In this document: positions 9,021-18,955 of the stretch, in pieces
Numbering within the stretch: position 1 is the first letter of the stretch
How the letters are laid out: each line of letters opens with the position of its first letter
Virus record (IMG/VR): IMGVR_UViG_3300017727_000011
Coordinates: 1 to 59,445 of that record
Strand: one strand, 5' to 3'
From: a virus
Lineage: Duplodnaviria > Caudoviricetes
DNA length: 59,445 nucleotides
The notes under the pieces: model-generated
What the model was told of the DNA's origin: nothing
What the model saw: only the letters and a program-made list of their open reading frames with translations
Database searches by the model: none
Program-made: the position numbers and the translations under genes

Positions 9021-9932
9021 TTATGCCTCCTTCACGTATTTAGCATATTCATTGATAGGCACTCCTAATCGTTTCGCCATTGCTACTTGTGACGGAGTGA
9101 GTCTTACTACTTTGCGACCAGCTTTTTTTACGTTTGAGCGTGTGGTAGAAGCAACAGGCTGGATCGGTTTACTGTCAATTTCTACATTTTCCTCTTGTGT
9201 AAATTTTTGAGGAAAATATTCACGAATTTTTTTATCAATACCACTATAGTACTCTTCTGAAGTAGGATCAACACCATTTCTTATAAGTTCACGATGAATT
9301 GCTTTAGCAGATTCTGTCATAACTTCATCATCACCATACCAATCGTTCTTATTGGCCCATTCAACTGCTTTTGGATCAGGTTTAGGTGTAGTTGGTTGTT
9401 GAGGTTGTGCTTCTTGCGTCTCTACAGGCTTTTCATCAACATTTTCTTCTTGTTGTTGTTTAGAATAAGCTATTCTTTCTCTATCTATAGTTAGTTTTGC
9501 TATTAATTCATTGGCTGAAATCTGTTCATCAACATCTCGATTAGTAATAGCAGCTTTTAATTTTTCTTTTGCACTACCTAATCTATCTTCAACAGATTTA
9601 GAGAGATCATCAATATAGTTTTTATCTAATTTTTGATAAGCACCAGCAATTTTATCTTTTTCTTGCTGTACACCTTTAGCAAAAGCTATCGCTGCTTCTT
9701 CTCTACGTTCAGCTTCTCTTAATCGTTTGGTTAATTTGTCTATTCTTGATTTAACTTTTACAGAATAATTTTCAACTTCATCTTTATTATCCTGAGTTTC
9801 CTCAACCTTAATTTCTTCTTGAGGTTGTTCAGAAGAATCTTGAGCTTGTTGAGCTTGTTCTTCTACTTTTACCTCTTCCGGTAGCTCTACTTCAATATCT
9901 TCTCTTTTATCTTGTTCTATATTTGTTTGCAT
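9021..9932 (-). CDS. Putative capsid scaffolding protein
   Basis: Acidic coiled coil; PDPKA.EW...N.W; C-terminal LTPSQVAMAKRLGV...YAK. Confidence 0.75.
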   Translation of the reverse strand: MQTNIEQDKREDIEVELPEEVKVEEQAQQAQDSSEQPQEEIKVEETQDNKDEVENYSVKVKSRIDKLTKRLREAERREEAAIAFAKGVQQEKDKIAGAYQKLDKNYIDDLSKSVEDRLGSAKEKLKAAITNRDVDEQISANELIAKLTIDRERIAYSKQQQEENVDEKPVETQEAQPQQPTTPKPDPKAVEWANKNDWYGDDEVMTESAKAIHRELIRNGVDPTSEEYYSGIDKKIREYFPQKFTQEENVEIDSKPIQPVASTTRSNVKKAGRKVVRLTPSQVAMAKRLGVPINEYAKYVKEA

Positions 9933-9945
9933 GATTTAGCTCCTA

Positions 9946-10299
9946 TCATGATTGTAGGAAATCTTCAGGATCATCAATAACCCCTAAAATTTCATCGTCA
10001 TTCATAAGTCTAACTTCGCCACCTTCAATTCTAATTCTTGAACCAGCATACTTTCCAAAAATTACCCATTCTTTTTCCTTACACCAAGGACCATTAGGAA
10101 ATCTTTCTTTATCTTTGTAAGCGTCTGGTCCTACTTTTAAAACCAGTCCAATACTTGATGCTATTTGTGATTCTTCTAAAGATTGATCAGTGAGAATAAT
10201 TCCACCTTTTGTTTTTTCTTTTCTTTTGTAAGGAAGAACTAATAGTCTCCAACCCGTAGGGGTAGGAAGTTTGTCAGTTGTTGATGTCTCCATCATCAA
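9946..10299 (-). CDS. groES: Co-chaperonin GroES (Cpn10)
   Basis: PTGWRLLV, KTKGGIIL, VLKVGP, FGKYAG, LMNDDEILG. Confidence 0.9.
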   Translation of the reverse strand: MMMETSTTDKLPTPTGWRLLVLPYKRKEKTKGGIILTDQSLEESQIASSIGLVLKVGPDAYKDKERFPNGPWCKEKEWVIFGKYAGSRIRIEGGEVRLMNDDEILGVIDDPEDFLQS

Positions 10300-10480
10300 G
10301 CTCCATTCTTTTCAGCAACGAATTGACCTCAGCAAGCATTTCGTTGTAAGCATGGTATTTACCTACCATGTTATTATATTGATCCCAATCTTTCACACCC
10401 TGAGATACGTATAAACTTATATCACTTTGTTTTTGTTTCAAGAGCTTTCTTAAATGATCTGAAAATTTAATTATATCCAT
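10274..10480 (-). CDS. Conserved hypothetical protein
   Basis: Short helical ORF overlapping the start of groES. Confidence 0.65.
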   Translation of the reverse strand: MDIIKFSDHLRKLLKQKQSDISLYVSQGVKDWDQYNNMVGKYHAYNEMLAEVNSLLKRMELDDGDINN

Positions 10481-10927
10481 TTAAGCAAATGACTCGACTA
10501 TAGCAGATAAAGATTCACATCTTTTTTTGGTTTGTTTCCACCATCGTGAGTCCTTCATTTCTTGTGAGGCCGTATAATAATCTGCATTATTCAGAGCAGT
10601 CCACATATTGTTAAACTTACCTACACCTCCAATTCCTAATTGATACACCATTTCCACTAAGACATGCTGTATGTCTAAAGGTAATTCATTATCAGGACAA
10701 CGATCCTCAATTAGTTCATCTGCATTAGTGCATGCTTCAACTAAGTCTTGTTCAAAAATGTCTAATAAAAATTCTTCCTCATATTTTTTGTCTTCTTCCC
10801 AAAAGTCTTCAACACAAAGATGGCCTATACCCACAGTTTTTTTTCCTAAACTATCCAGATAGACATGATCCCTATAGCCTTCATGTAAACGAACTCGCTC
10901 ACGAAGTGTATTATTTATTTCAATCAT
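10481..10927 (-). CDS. Endolysin, GH24 (T4-type) lysozyme
   Basis: HEG...YLDSLGKKTVGIGHL (E-x8-D-x5-T); DSRWWKQT. Confidence 0.9.
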   Translation of the reverse strand: MIEINNTLRERVRLHEGYRDHVYLDSLGKKTVGIGHLCVEDFWEEDKKYEEEFLLDIFEQDLVEACTNADELIEDRCPDNELPLDIQHVLVEMVYQLGIGGVGKFNNMWTALNNADYYTASQEMKDSRWWKQTKKRCESLSAIVESFA

Positions 10928-10966
10928 GATCCTATCCCCCAATATTCAGAATGCTCATCCTTTGCT

Positions 10967-11203
10967 TTATCTAAATTTAGAAGTTTTCTTAGCAATGTTT
11001 TTAGGTTGTTTAACAAATTGTTTTCCTTTCTTATCTCCTTTTGCTTTTGCTCTATTTGTAGCTGCTTTTTCAGCGGGGCTAAGTGATTTCCAAGCAGCAT
11101 CAGGTAAATATCTTCTTTTTCCCTTAGAAGGTTTACCTGAGGAAGTTCTCCATTTTTGTTTACCCCAGTCTTTTAAACTTTTCTGTGATTTTTTTAAGGC
11201 CAT
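10967..11203 (-). CDS. Basic protein, C-terminal half of a DUF5872-like family
   Basis: QKSLKDW..QKWRT...RYLP..AW..LS..EK.AT...GKQFV. Confidence 0.6.
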   Translation of the reverse strand: MALKKSQKSLKDWGKQKWRTSSGKPSKGKRRYLPDAAWKSLSPAEKAATNRAKAKGDKKGKQFVKQPKNIAKKTSKFR

Positions 11204-11427
11204 TAGCTTTTATAGCCACCGCCCTTAGCTTTATATTGTTTAGCTAACATCTGTGCTTTTCTTGCACTCCACTGTCCAGGGTTTCCACCCTTTCCTCCAG
11301 CTTTAATACGATTAAATAAACTTTTTCTCATTCCAGGCTTAGTATAATTACCAGCCTTGTTAACAGTTGATTTGCTCTTCCTTGGCGTGCTTGTTGTTTT
11401 GCTCATTTGATTCCTCGTTATTACCAT
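11203..11427 (-). CDS. Basic protein, N-terminal half of a DUF5872-like family
   Basis: NYTKP...KGGNPGQWSARKAQMLAKQYKAKGGGYK. Confidence 0.65.
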   Translation of the reverse strand: MVITRNQMSKTTSTPRKSKSTVNKAGNYTKPGMRKSLFNRIKAGGKGGNPGQWSARKAQMLAKQYKAKGGGYKS

Positions 11428-11551
11428 GTCTACATCCTACGTGACCACATTCTATACAAGATTGTCCGCAATGGCAAAGACAACCGCATCCTTCACATAA
11501 AGATAATTGTGATTCACATTTAAGACAAAGATTATCACAACCTTCACACAT
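11360..11551 (-). CDS. Metallothionein-like Cys-rich protein
   Basis: 13 Cys in 63 aa (CxxC, CxCxCxC); TAATG-coupled to the holin. Confidence 0.6.
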   Translation of the reverse strand: MCEGCDNLCLKCESQLSLCEGCGCLCHCGQSCIECGHVGCRHGNNEESNEQNNKHAKEEQINC

Positions 11552-11964
11552 TATTTAGTAATTTTCCTACTTTTTTCCCAAGAGCGAAGCCCAGACATTC
11601 CGAGCAAAGCTGTGACGAGTGGAAATAAAGTCGACATGTCAAGCTCTGGAAGAGGGTTATGTTGAATGCTGAAAGCAGCTAAAATAAAAACAATAAATTG
11701 TTTTAATACAAATTCCCACAATATCGCTAACGCACAGGACATCCCGATGAGGGGGCGCCACGACCGCTGCATCATGCCACCAAAACCTGTAGCAGTAGAC
11801 TTAGCATCAGCCAAGTTAATATCCATTTGTTTAGAATTAATTTCGTTTTCTAATTGTTGAAGTTTTATTTTGATTTGACCTTTTTCTTCCTCTGAAGTGT
11901 GGACACTGTCAATAACTTTACCGACAGTGTCTACTAAAGATCCACCTAATAATTTAGATAACAT
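11551..11964 (-). CDS. Holin (GTA 3TM-holin-like)
   Basis: SWRPLIG, TM segments, LLGMSGLRSWEK; near the endolysin. Confidence 0.8.
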   Translation of the reverse strand: MLSKLLGGSLVDTVGKVIDSVHTSEEEKGQIKIKLQQLENEINSKQMDINLADAKSTATGFGGMMQRSWRPLIGMSCALAILWEFVLKQFIVFILAAFSIQHNPLPELDMSTLFPLVTALLGMSGLRSWEKSRKITK

Positions 11965-11967
11965 TAA

Positions 11968-12063
11968 TTAAATATATTGAGCGAGTGCCCAACCTATTAC
12001 GAGACCTACGATTAACCACTTCTTTTTTGGGTGGTCATTCCAAAGTTTTTTAATCATATCCAT
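11968..12063 (-). CDS. Single-TM micropeptide (31 aa, not in ORF track)
   Basis: MDMIKKLWNDHPKKKWLIVGLVIGWALAQYI; AGGAG RBS; TAATG coupling. Confidence 0.65.
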   Translation of the reverse strand: MDMIKKLWNDHPKKKWLIVGLVIGWALAQYI

Positions 12064-12218
12064 TAGAATACTCCTTTGAATGGTACCTTTTTAACCTGAA
12101 CAGCGTATTGACCTCGTGTTTTACCACTTGGTTCATTGCCCATAGTCTTAAAAGGAACCTTTTTACCATCAGTTACCTGATATTGGTCCTTGTCTACGAC
12201 TTTGTTTTGTTTTTCCAT
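12063..12218 (-). CDS. Small basic protein (51 aa, not in ORF track)
   Basis: MEKQNK...KKVPFK...TRGQYAVQVKKVPFKGVF; GAGG RBS. Confidence 0.7.
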   Translation of the reverse strand: MEKQNKVVDKDQYQVTDGKKVPFKTMGNEPSGKTRGQYAVQVKKVPFKGVF

Positions 12219-12226
12219 GTTTTACC

Positions 12227-12445
12227 TCAATGCATTGTTGGTTTGTCGAAGTCTACCTTCGATCCACCTAAACTGTCAATCAAATTAACAGCCATTTCCT
12301 TGCCATAAAATTGTTCAAATATAATTCTAGCACAATAAATCATAGATGTAGCAGCAAGAATTTGATCATCTGAACTTTTACACATTTTATCTGTTTGTTT
12401 CATGATCTCATCCATAAATCGATTATATTGTTCTTCATGTTTCAT
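12227..12445 (-). CDS. Hypothetical protein
   Basis: Co-oriented, tightly packed ORF. Confidence 0.65.
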   Translation of the reverse strand: MKHEEQYNRFMDEIMKQTDKMCKSSDDQILAATSMIYCARIIFEQFYGKEMAVNLIDSLGGSKVDFDKPTMH

Positions 12446-12446
12446 T

Positions 12447-12590
12447 TTATTTTGATTTTCCTGCCTCAGATAAAGCTATTGCAATAGCTTGTTTTCTTGA
12501 TTTTACGGGTTTTTTTGACTTTCCTATATTTAATTTACCTTTTTTAAATTCTTTCATAACTTTCTTAACTTTTTTTTGAGATTTTGTCAT
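12447..12590 (-). CDS. Small basic protein, DUF6496-like (47 aa, not in ORF track)
   Basis: KVKKVMKEFKKGKL...VKSRKQAIAIALSEAGKSK. Confidence 0.75.
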   Translation of the reverse strand: MTKSQKKVKKVMKEFKKGKLNIGKSKKPVKSRKQAIAIALSEAGKSK

Positions 12591-12772
12591 ACTCTTCTCT
12601 TTTTCATCAAGTTCATCCTTGATTTTGTATCTATATTTTTTGTTAAGAACTTATTAGAATTTTTCATACCTGTTGAAGAAGGAGTTCCTTTCAGAATATT
12701 ACCATATTTTGTAACTAATTTTTTCTTTGTGATAGGTTTGTACGTTTTAGTAGATTTTTTTGTTGTAGCCAT
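12587..12772 (-). CDS. Small Lys-rich protein
   Basis: TAATG-coupled to the portal stop codon. Confidence 0.6.
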   Translation of the reverse strand: MATTKKSTKTYKPITKKKLVTKYGNILKGTPSSTGMKNSNKFLTKNIDTKSRMNLMKKRRV

Positions 12773-15129
12773 TATTTACTCATTGCCTTTGCTGCATTGA
12801 TATCATTTCTTTCTTGTGAAATTTTTACTTTTTCTTGATCAATCTGATCTTTCTGCATCAATCTCATACTATCAAGTTCCATTTGATCTTGATCTTCTGA
12901 GGCTCTTCTTAAAATATCCATTTCTCGAAGATCTAATTCTCTTTCTTTGAGTTTTATTAAAGGATCTTCTCCAGCTCCATCTAAAGTCAGTTGCTCTTCA
13001 GTAACAAGTTTAGCTGTTTCTTCTGCAATCTTTACAGCAATAATTTTTTCTGCTTCAAGTTGGATGGCTTGAATTTCTTCAGGTGCTAATTGTCTTTGTA
13101 GTTGAGCAATCTGTGCCTGAATCTTTTGTTCAATTTCAGCATTAACTTTTTCTCTAACCATGCTTGATATATGATCACTAATATGAGCTTGTAAAACTCC
13201 TAAAATAGCAGGATTACTTTTTACCAAAGCACTAGACATAAAAAATCTATGGGCTTGGACATGAGCTTCGTGTTCTTGTCCAGGAAAAACTTGAATAGGA
13301 AGACTTCTTAAAGCGTTTGCGTTTTCAGTAGCAGGATCTTGTGGTGCTGGTTGAGGAGGAGGGGGAAGAATTTGATCAATGTTTTGAACATTTAAAGCTT
13401 GATACATTCTTCTATACGCTTCTCTTACATTATGGATCTGTGGATTTGATTGAGCTAATTGTAATTGTTGTTGTGCTAATGCAACTCGTTGAGCCATGGA
13501 AAAAATATTTGGATCAGATACAGGAATGACATCTACACGATCATCAAAGTCTGTCACTTTGACCATCATATTAGCACCTGAAGTTGCGTAAGGATAAATA
13601 GGAGGTAGGAATAATTTAAATACCTGAGCTAATAACTGAAACTCTTCTTTTTGTGCATAGTGTAATCTTTTATGAATAGAAGACATGACCATTGAACCAC
13701 GCTCCAACATAGCAATTGTAGAGCCAACAGGATTGTTTGAACCCATGTCAGCAATCTTTGCATCTGCTACACTGACAAAATTCTTTGCAGCCCCGACACA
13801 GAAATTAAGAAGTTGAAAAAGGGTTTGATCGGGACCTTTGTAAGGAAGATTAATTAAAGAACCTTGAATAGATCCTCCTGGTGCATCCACATCTCTGAAT
13901 TCACCTGGTTGTAAGGGTTGATCGTCATCACGTATTCTTAAACCTCTTGTTTTAAAACCTGCGGGTAAGTTGCTCAAGGTTCCTGCATCAAGAAGCTGTC
14001 TTAATGCAAGTGTTGCGGTTTTGGATAATCCACCAATCATGTGTATTAATCCATAGCCATAAAAACCTAGCCCAGGTAAAAACTTGTAATGTACAAAGTA
14101 ATCTTTCTTTTTCTTTAAAGGATCTTTCTCGTCAAAGTTTCTGTAGACAGATAAAACTTTACCTGATCCCTCATCAACAGTGACAATGTAAGGAAGCTTC
14201 ATTCCGTTTGCATCTTCAAATCCTGGTATATCTAAATAACAGTGACATTCAAACAAAGTGTATTCATCAGATTTATAAGCAGTTGCTTTTGTGCCATCGA
14301 TTTGATCATACTTATCTTGAATATTACTGGTGTCATCATGAGGTTGTAATTCTACATCACGATATAGACCTAAAGCTTTCTTCTTCTCTAACTCAATCTC
14401 ATTCATTTTGATAACATGAGTAACTCTTTCAGCTTGTTCTAAATTTGATGCATGATAGGGAACAATTAAATCTTCTGCGGGAACAAATTCTGCTTTTGCT
14501 CTTTGTAAAACAGCATCATAATAAATCTTTTTAAATGTTGATCCTGCTAATGGTAGATAAAATAACATTTGATCTGTCTCAGGATCATAATCTTTCATCA
14601 CTGTTGTGATTTGATAGTTCATAAAATCTTTTACACGATCTGCTTGTTCTTCTACTTCAGGGCTTGGAGTTCCCATAATCTTTGTTTTAACAGGTCCACC
14701 CGCAGGTAAAAGTTCACGATATGCTTGGGCTTGAAATTGTGTCACTGCTTCTGCTAAAACAGGATGTGTTACAGAGGATGCTCCTCTAAAAGGACGAGTT
14801 CTTTCTTGTAGTTTAAATCCTAAAAGATCTAAACCTTTTACATATGTTTCGTAATAATCTTCTCTTGATGTTTTGTCATCGGTGATATCTCCAAGAAGCT
14901 CAATAGACATCATATCTAAATCTTGGTCTGTTAAATATTCTGCTAGATTTGAATTAAATGATACGGGAGCTAGCTCAGGTTTACTAGGAACCATGGCTCC
15001 TGTTGCATCTTCTTCAAAGTCAGTTGTTTCTATCTCTTCGTCAATAGTGATATCTTGTGGAATCTCACCCTCTACTTCAATAGAGCTATCCTTAATATCT
15101 TCATATGAAATTCTTTTGTCAACAGCCAT
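12772..15129 (-). CDS. Portal protein
   Basis: 785 aa; HPVLAEAVTQFQA, LPLAGSTFKKIYYD, GLGFYGYGL, LRQLLDAGTLSNLP; Gln-rich C-terminus; downstream of TerL. Confidence 0.9.
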   Translation of the reverse strand: MAVDKRISYEDIKDSSIEVEGEIPQDITIDEEIETTDFEEDATGAMVPSKPELAPVSFNSNLAEYLTDQDLDMMSIELLGDITDDKTSREDYYETYVKGLDLLGFKLQERTRPFRGASSVTHPVLAEAVTQFQAQAYRELLPAGGPVKTKIMGTPSPEVEEQADRVKDFMNYQITTVMKDYDPETDQMLFYLPLAGSTFKKIYYDAVLQRAKAEFVPAEDLIVPYHASNLEQAERVTHVIKMNEIELEKKKALGLYRDVELQPHDDTSNIQDKYDQIDGTKATAYKSDEYTLFECHCYLDIPGFEDANGMKLPYIVTVDEGSGKVLSVYRNFDEKDPLKKKKDYFVHYKFLPGLGFYGYGLIHMIGGLSKTATLALRQLLDAGTLSNLPAGFKTRGLRIRDDDQPLQPGEFRDVDAPGGSIQGSLINLPYKGPDQTLFQLLNFCVGAAKNFVSVADAKIADMGSNNPVGSTIAMLERGSMVMSSIHKRLHYAQKEEFQLLAQVFKLFLPPIYPYATSGANMMVKVTDFDDRVDVIPVSDPNIFSMAQRVALAQQQLQLAQSNPQIHNVREAYRRMYQALNVQNIDQILPPPPQPAPQDPATENANALRSLPIQVFPGQEHEAHVQAHRFFMSSALVKSNPAILGVLQAHISDHISSMVREKVNAEIEQKIQAQIAQLQRQLAPEEIQAIQLEAEKIIAVKIAEETAKLVTEEQLTLDGAGEDPLIKLKERELDLREMDILRRASEDQDQMELDSMRLMQKDQIDQEKVKISQERNDINAAKAMSK

Positions 15130-15239
15130 TAGCTTATCCTCGTTCTTGGTCTTTTTTGTGGCATCATTCTTTCAAATCCTCTCGGCTTTACTATTCTTAC
15201 TTTTGGTTTACTAATAATTTTTTTATTTGAATACTTCAT
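15129..15239 (-). CDS. Small basic protein (36 aa, not in ORF track)
   Basis: MKYSNKKIISKPKVRIVKPRGFERMMPQKRPRTRIS; TAATG-coupled to the portal. Confidence 0.55.
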   Translation of the reverse strand: MKYSNKKIISKPKVRIVKPRGFERMMPQKRPRTRIS

Positions 15240-16446
15240 CAATTGTCATAATACCTGTTTCTTTTGTACTATCTACCTTTTTATTCTTCTTTGGTTTCAT
15301 CAATCCTAAAGGATCCATTCCTTGAATTCTAGGAGATAAATCTGCTCCCTCTCTAATCAACTTAGCTACTTCAGGATTTTCACGATACATCATTCTTTGT
15401 AATCGTTCATCCTCGGTATAAACTTCACCACTTTCAATTCTTTGTTTTGTTTCTAAACTTTGATCTTCAGGATTTAATTCTCCCGCAGCTAGTCCTTCAG
15501 TAATTACTGCCATGACACCCGCAGGTCCCCATAGTGCACCTCTTAGTAATGTTTTAAAATTACTCGCAATAGCTTTCTTTGTAGCAGGAGAATTAAAATC
15601 AAATTTATCTCCTAGCTCTTCTTTTGCTTTCGAAACAGCATCAACAGAGGCTCCATCTACAACGGATTCCATTGCAAATTTTATTCTTTCTTTGCCAAAG
15701 TTTTTGGTCAATATTTTATATTTTTTTGGATCCTCTTTTTTTAATTGTTCAATCATTGGACCAAATTTAATATCAGAAACTTGAGCCTTATCAATTGCAT
15801 CAAATTGTTGACCAACAAATCTTTCTAAACTTTGAGTCTTTGGTCCACCTGGAACATCTGGAAGTGCTAAAACATATCCTTTATCAATAGCAAGTTTATT
15901 CAAAGCATCTTTAGTATAGGTTCTGTATCCTAAACCAGTTCCACCTTTTAATTTTGCAAGGTCCCCTCCCTGATTCATATCTTTCAAAAATTGTTGGTTG
16001 TTGAAATATTTGTATTCTGCTAAATCTTTTGGAGTTCTAATAACATCTTTTTTATAAGTATCTGTGTACCAATCTTTAAAAGTCATTTCTGTTGGTCTGA
16101 AAGGTTTGATATCTACAAATTCATAACCCATAGGAGGAACACGTTTAGATTTAAATTTATCAAGTTGCATTTCTTCTACGTTTACCAGTAACTCACCAGG
16201 AGAAAGTCCTAAAATATTTTTCTTATAAGAATCTGTCACATTTAAAATTGTTCCTGAACGCATGACACCTGGTGTAGTTGTACTAGCACGTAACACTTGT
16301 TCTGTTCCTCCAGGGGGAAGTCGATAGGTTGATGCCACTCTACTAGAAGTGGTTTGAGAAGTTCCTCCTCCAGCTGTTGGAATATTAATCCCTTCATCCA
16401 ACACACCTTTTCTTACTTTTGCTAGAATATCTTTTAAGTTAGCCAT
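15223..16446 (-). CDS. Hypothetical protein, possibly an internal virion protein
   Basis: Long ORF between TerL and portal; likely start MANLK at 16446. Confidence 0.6.
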   Translation of the reverse strand: MANLKDILAKVRKGVLDEGINIPTAGGGTSQTTSSRVASTYRLPPGGTEQVLRASTTTPGVMRSGTILNVTDSYKKNILGLSPGELLVNVEEMQLDKFKSKRVPPMGYEFVDIKPFRPTEMTFKDWYTDTYKKDVIRTPKDLAEYKYFNNQQFLKDMNQGGDLAKLKGGTGLGYRTYTKDALNKLAIDKGYVLALPDVPGGPKTQSLERFVGQQFDAIDKAQVSDIKFGPMIEQLKKEDPKKYKILTKNFGKERIKFAMESVVDGASVDAVSKAKEELGDKFDFNSPATKKAIASNFKTLLRGALWGPAGVMAVITEGLAAGELNPEDQSLETKQRIESGEVYTEDERLQRMMYRENPEVAKLIREGADLSPRIQGMDPLGLMKPKKNKKVDSTKETGIMTIDEVFK

Positions 16447-17902
16447 AATACTCGTATTCCTTATAATCTCTTGGGGGAGCTTCGTAGTCATCATCTAACA
16501 ACACAAAATTCCCTTGTCTATATCTCATCACTGCTTGTGTCATACTATCCACATAGTCATCATATTCTCCGTAAGGAAACGCTGCACATTCCTCAATCAC
16601 TTCTTCAGCCCACTCGTATCCTTCAGGGTAGTAAACTTTTCCTGATTCAAATACAGGTGAAACGGAGTTAACTCTTGTCAACTTATCATTACCCCTACTA
16701 GGTGTAAAGTTCGATATTGGGATTCCTAATCTGTTTAATTCTTGTGTTAAAGGCATACCTGATGCTTTTGCTTCAATGATCACACTGTCAGGATTATATT
16801 CTTTGTACTTATCTAATGCGATACGTTTGAGTTCAGGAAAGTCCCATCTTCCTTTTTGTGCATCCATCATAATTAAACTGGGACCTAACATGCCATCATC
16901 TTGAAACACGCCCCATGTTGTAATAGCAGAATAGTCAGCACTTTCTTTTTTACTAAAGGCTGTGTCATAACTTTGAATGATGTGTAATAAAGGCGGGACA
17001 CTAGGCTTTGTCCATTTCTTCCACCACTCTCTTTTGATAATAGCTGTTTCATCACTGGTGGGTTGTTGTTGATATTGAGCTTGCCATTTACTTTCACTAA
17101 TAGCTGCTTTTACTTTTTCTAATTCTTCAATCTTCCAATACTCAGGCCAGATAGGATTACCACTAGGCATGATTGCAGGGAACTCAATGACTTCCCACTT
17201 ATCTCCCTTTTCAGTTTTTGCCTGAGCTTTTATTAATTGTCCTGTTAAATCTTTCTCGCTCCATCGTGTCATAACCACAACAATAGCTCCCCCTGGTTGC
17301 AAACGCTGACGAGGACCAGAAGTATACCACTCATAGGTATTGTCCATTGCTGTATCGGACATTGCATCTTGTTCCGTGTGGGGATCATCAATAATCAGTA
17401 AATCTGCACCACGACCAGTAATCGCTCCACCCACACCCGCAGCAAAGTATTCACCACCATGATTCGTTTCCCAACGACCTGACGCTTTACTGTCAGTTGC
17501 AATCTGGACATTATGAAATATTTGATTGTACAAACTATCATCTACCAAATTCTTCATCTTTCTACCGAAGCGTGTAGCGAGTTCCGAGTTGTGGGAGGTT
17601 TGAATTATTTTTAATTTAGGATTTTTTCCAATCATCCATGCAGGAAAAAGATAGGAAGCAAATTCTGATTTTGTATGTCGAGGTGGCATGTTAACTACTA
17701 AACGTTTTATCTTTCCTTTTGCTATATCTTCAAACTTCTTTGCTATCTGTCTGTGATGTTTGCCATCAATGAACTCGGGCCAAACGTGTTTGACGAAAGG
17801 AATAAATTTTTTTTCACAATGATCGAGATATCGCATCTTCTCTGCGATGAGTTCTTGTTCTAATTGTTCTCTAGGAGCTGTGTTTAATGAGGCGTGAGCC
17901 AT
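16439..17902 (-). CDS. terL: Terminase large subunit
   Basis: NMPPRHTKS (Walker A), LLIIDDPH (Walker B), SYDTAF and DDYVDSMTQA nuclease motifs. Confidence 0.95.
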   Translation of the reverse strand: MAHASLNTAPREQLEQELIAEKMRYLDHCEKKFIPFVKHVWPEFIDGKHHRQIAKKFEDIAKGKIKRLVVNMPPRHTKSEFASYLFPAWMIGKNPKLKIIQTSHNSELATRFGRKMKNLVDDSLYNQIFHNVQIATDSKASGRWETNHGGEYFAAGVGGAITGRGADLLIIDDPHTEQDAMSDTAMDNTYEWYTSGPRQRLQPGGAIVVVMTRWSEKDLTGQLIKAQAKTEKGDKWEVIEFPAIMPSGNPIWPEYWKIEELEKVKAAISESKWQAQYQQQPTSDETAIIKREWWKKWTKPSVPPLLHIIQSYDTAFSKKESADYSAITTWGVFQDDGMLGPSLIMMDAQKGRWDFPELKRIALDKYKEYNPDSVIIEAKASGMPLTQELNRLGIPISNFTPSRGNDKLTRVNSVSPVFESGKVYYPEGYEWAEEVIEECAAFPYGEYDDYVDSMTQAVMRYRQGNFVLLDDDYEAPPRDYKEYEYYG

Positions 17903-17908
17903 GAATCA

Positions 17909-18955
17909 CTAACTAGTGGCAAATACTACTCTACCTTGTGGAAATACAGATTGATATAATTCAGGATATTGTTCAGAAAGTTCTCTGTATTTATTATAAA
18001 AAGGGGTTGTTGTCATTTGTAAAAATTCTTTACTTCCTTTTCCACCTGAAGATTCCATAAAATCAGATCTTAAAATATCGTCCACTAATGCACCTTGTTC
18101 AAATACATCCTGAATTTCAGCAAGGCTTTCTAAAGGTTGTTTTAAAATATCTTGTGGAGTTAAATCTTTAAATGCGGGTGTATCAGTTGCATCGGGAATA
18201 GATTCAATGCCTACTGCTTCTTGAGGCATGACGCTTGCTTCAGGGACAACCCTGCCTACTGGTTGATTCCCCATACCTCTAAATAAATCAAATATATTTC
18301 CTGTGGGAACAGGATCTGGAATTGCAGGACCAAACAGATTAGATAGACTTCCTGTGGGAACAGGATCTGGAATTGCAGGACCAAACATATTTTTACCTTT
18401 TCCTAAAAGGTCTTTGCCTGTGTTCATGAGAAGGCCCATGATACCTCCTGTATTAATCACGTTAGGAATTAAACCTTGTGTTCTTTGTGGAGCTGGTGCC
18501 ATGTTAGCAAAGTTTACATCACCTGAACCTACGAGTGAGGGAACAAGAGCGTTAGCTTGTGATGTTGTCGAAGCAGGTGGTTTAACAGGTAAGTTGAATT
18601 GTGGTGCATCTGCTTGACCACCAAATAATCCTCTCGTGATATCACCAAAAAATTCTCCTGTAGTAGGTTTGTTTGCGATAATATTTCCTGTGAAGTCAGC
18701 GGCAGTGGTTCCTGTTCGCATAACTCTTTTCTTTTCACCTGTGGCAGGATCTATTCTGAAAACATTTTCACCACCAACATATGGATCACCAGGAACAAAT
18801 TGTACACCTCTACCTTTGTTGGCTGCGTCTTGTAATTCTTTTTCTCTCTTTTTAGAAATCTCACCTGCACCGGGTGCCATGATGTTTGACATTAACTCAG
18901 CGGTGTTTGCTTGTCTCTCTGCGTTCCTTGAACTTTTTCCTGTTTCTGATCCCAT
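17909..18955 (-). CDS. Hypothetical Gly/Pro-rich protein with Met-Gly start, possibly an internal virion protein
   Basis: 348 aa ORF with an internal FGPAIPDPVPTG duplication. Confidence 0.65.
   Translation of the reverse strand: MGSETGKSSRNAERQANTAELMSNIMAPGAGEISKKREKELQDAANKGRGVQFVPGDPYVGGENVFRIDPATGEKKRVMRTGTTAADFTGNIIANKPTTGEFFGDITRGLFGGQADAPQFNLPVKPPASTTSQANALVPSLVGSGDVNFANMAPAPQRTQGLIPNVINTGGIMGLLMNTGKDLLGKGKNMFGPAIPDPVPTGSLSNLFGPAIPDPVPTGNIFDLFRGMGNQPVGRVVPEASVMPQEAVGIESIPDATDTPAFKDLTPQDILKQPLESLAEIQDVFEQGALVDDILRSDFMESSGGKGSKEFLQMTTTPFYNKYRELSEQYPELYQSVFPQGRVVFATS
18298..18387. repeat. 39-bp direct repeat, period 51
   Basis: ttcctgtgggaacaggatctggaattgcaggaccaaaca at 18298-18336 and 18349-18387. 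Confidence 0.95.

Noticed and set aside
9946-10299. GroES without GroEL as a novelty
   Set aside because: Common in marine phage head modules.
10926-11228. Hydrophobic plus-strand ORF as a second holin
   Set aside because: It is the antisense shadow of a conserved Lys-rich gene.
18298-18387. Repeat-spacer-repeat as a mini-CRISPR
   Set aside because: Only two copies with a 12-bp spacer; it is an in-frame coding duplication and there are no cas genes.
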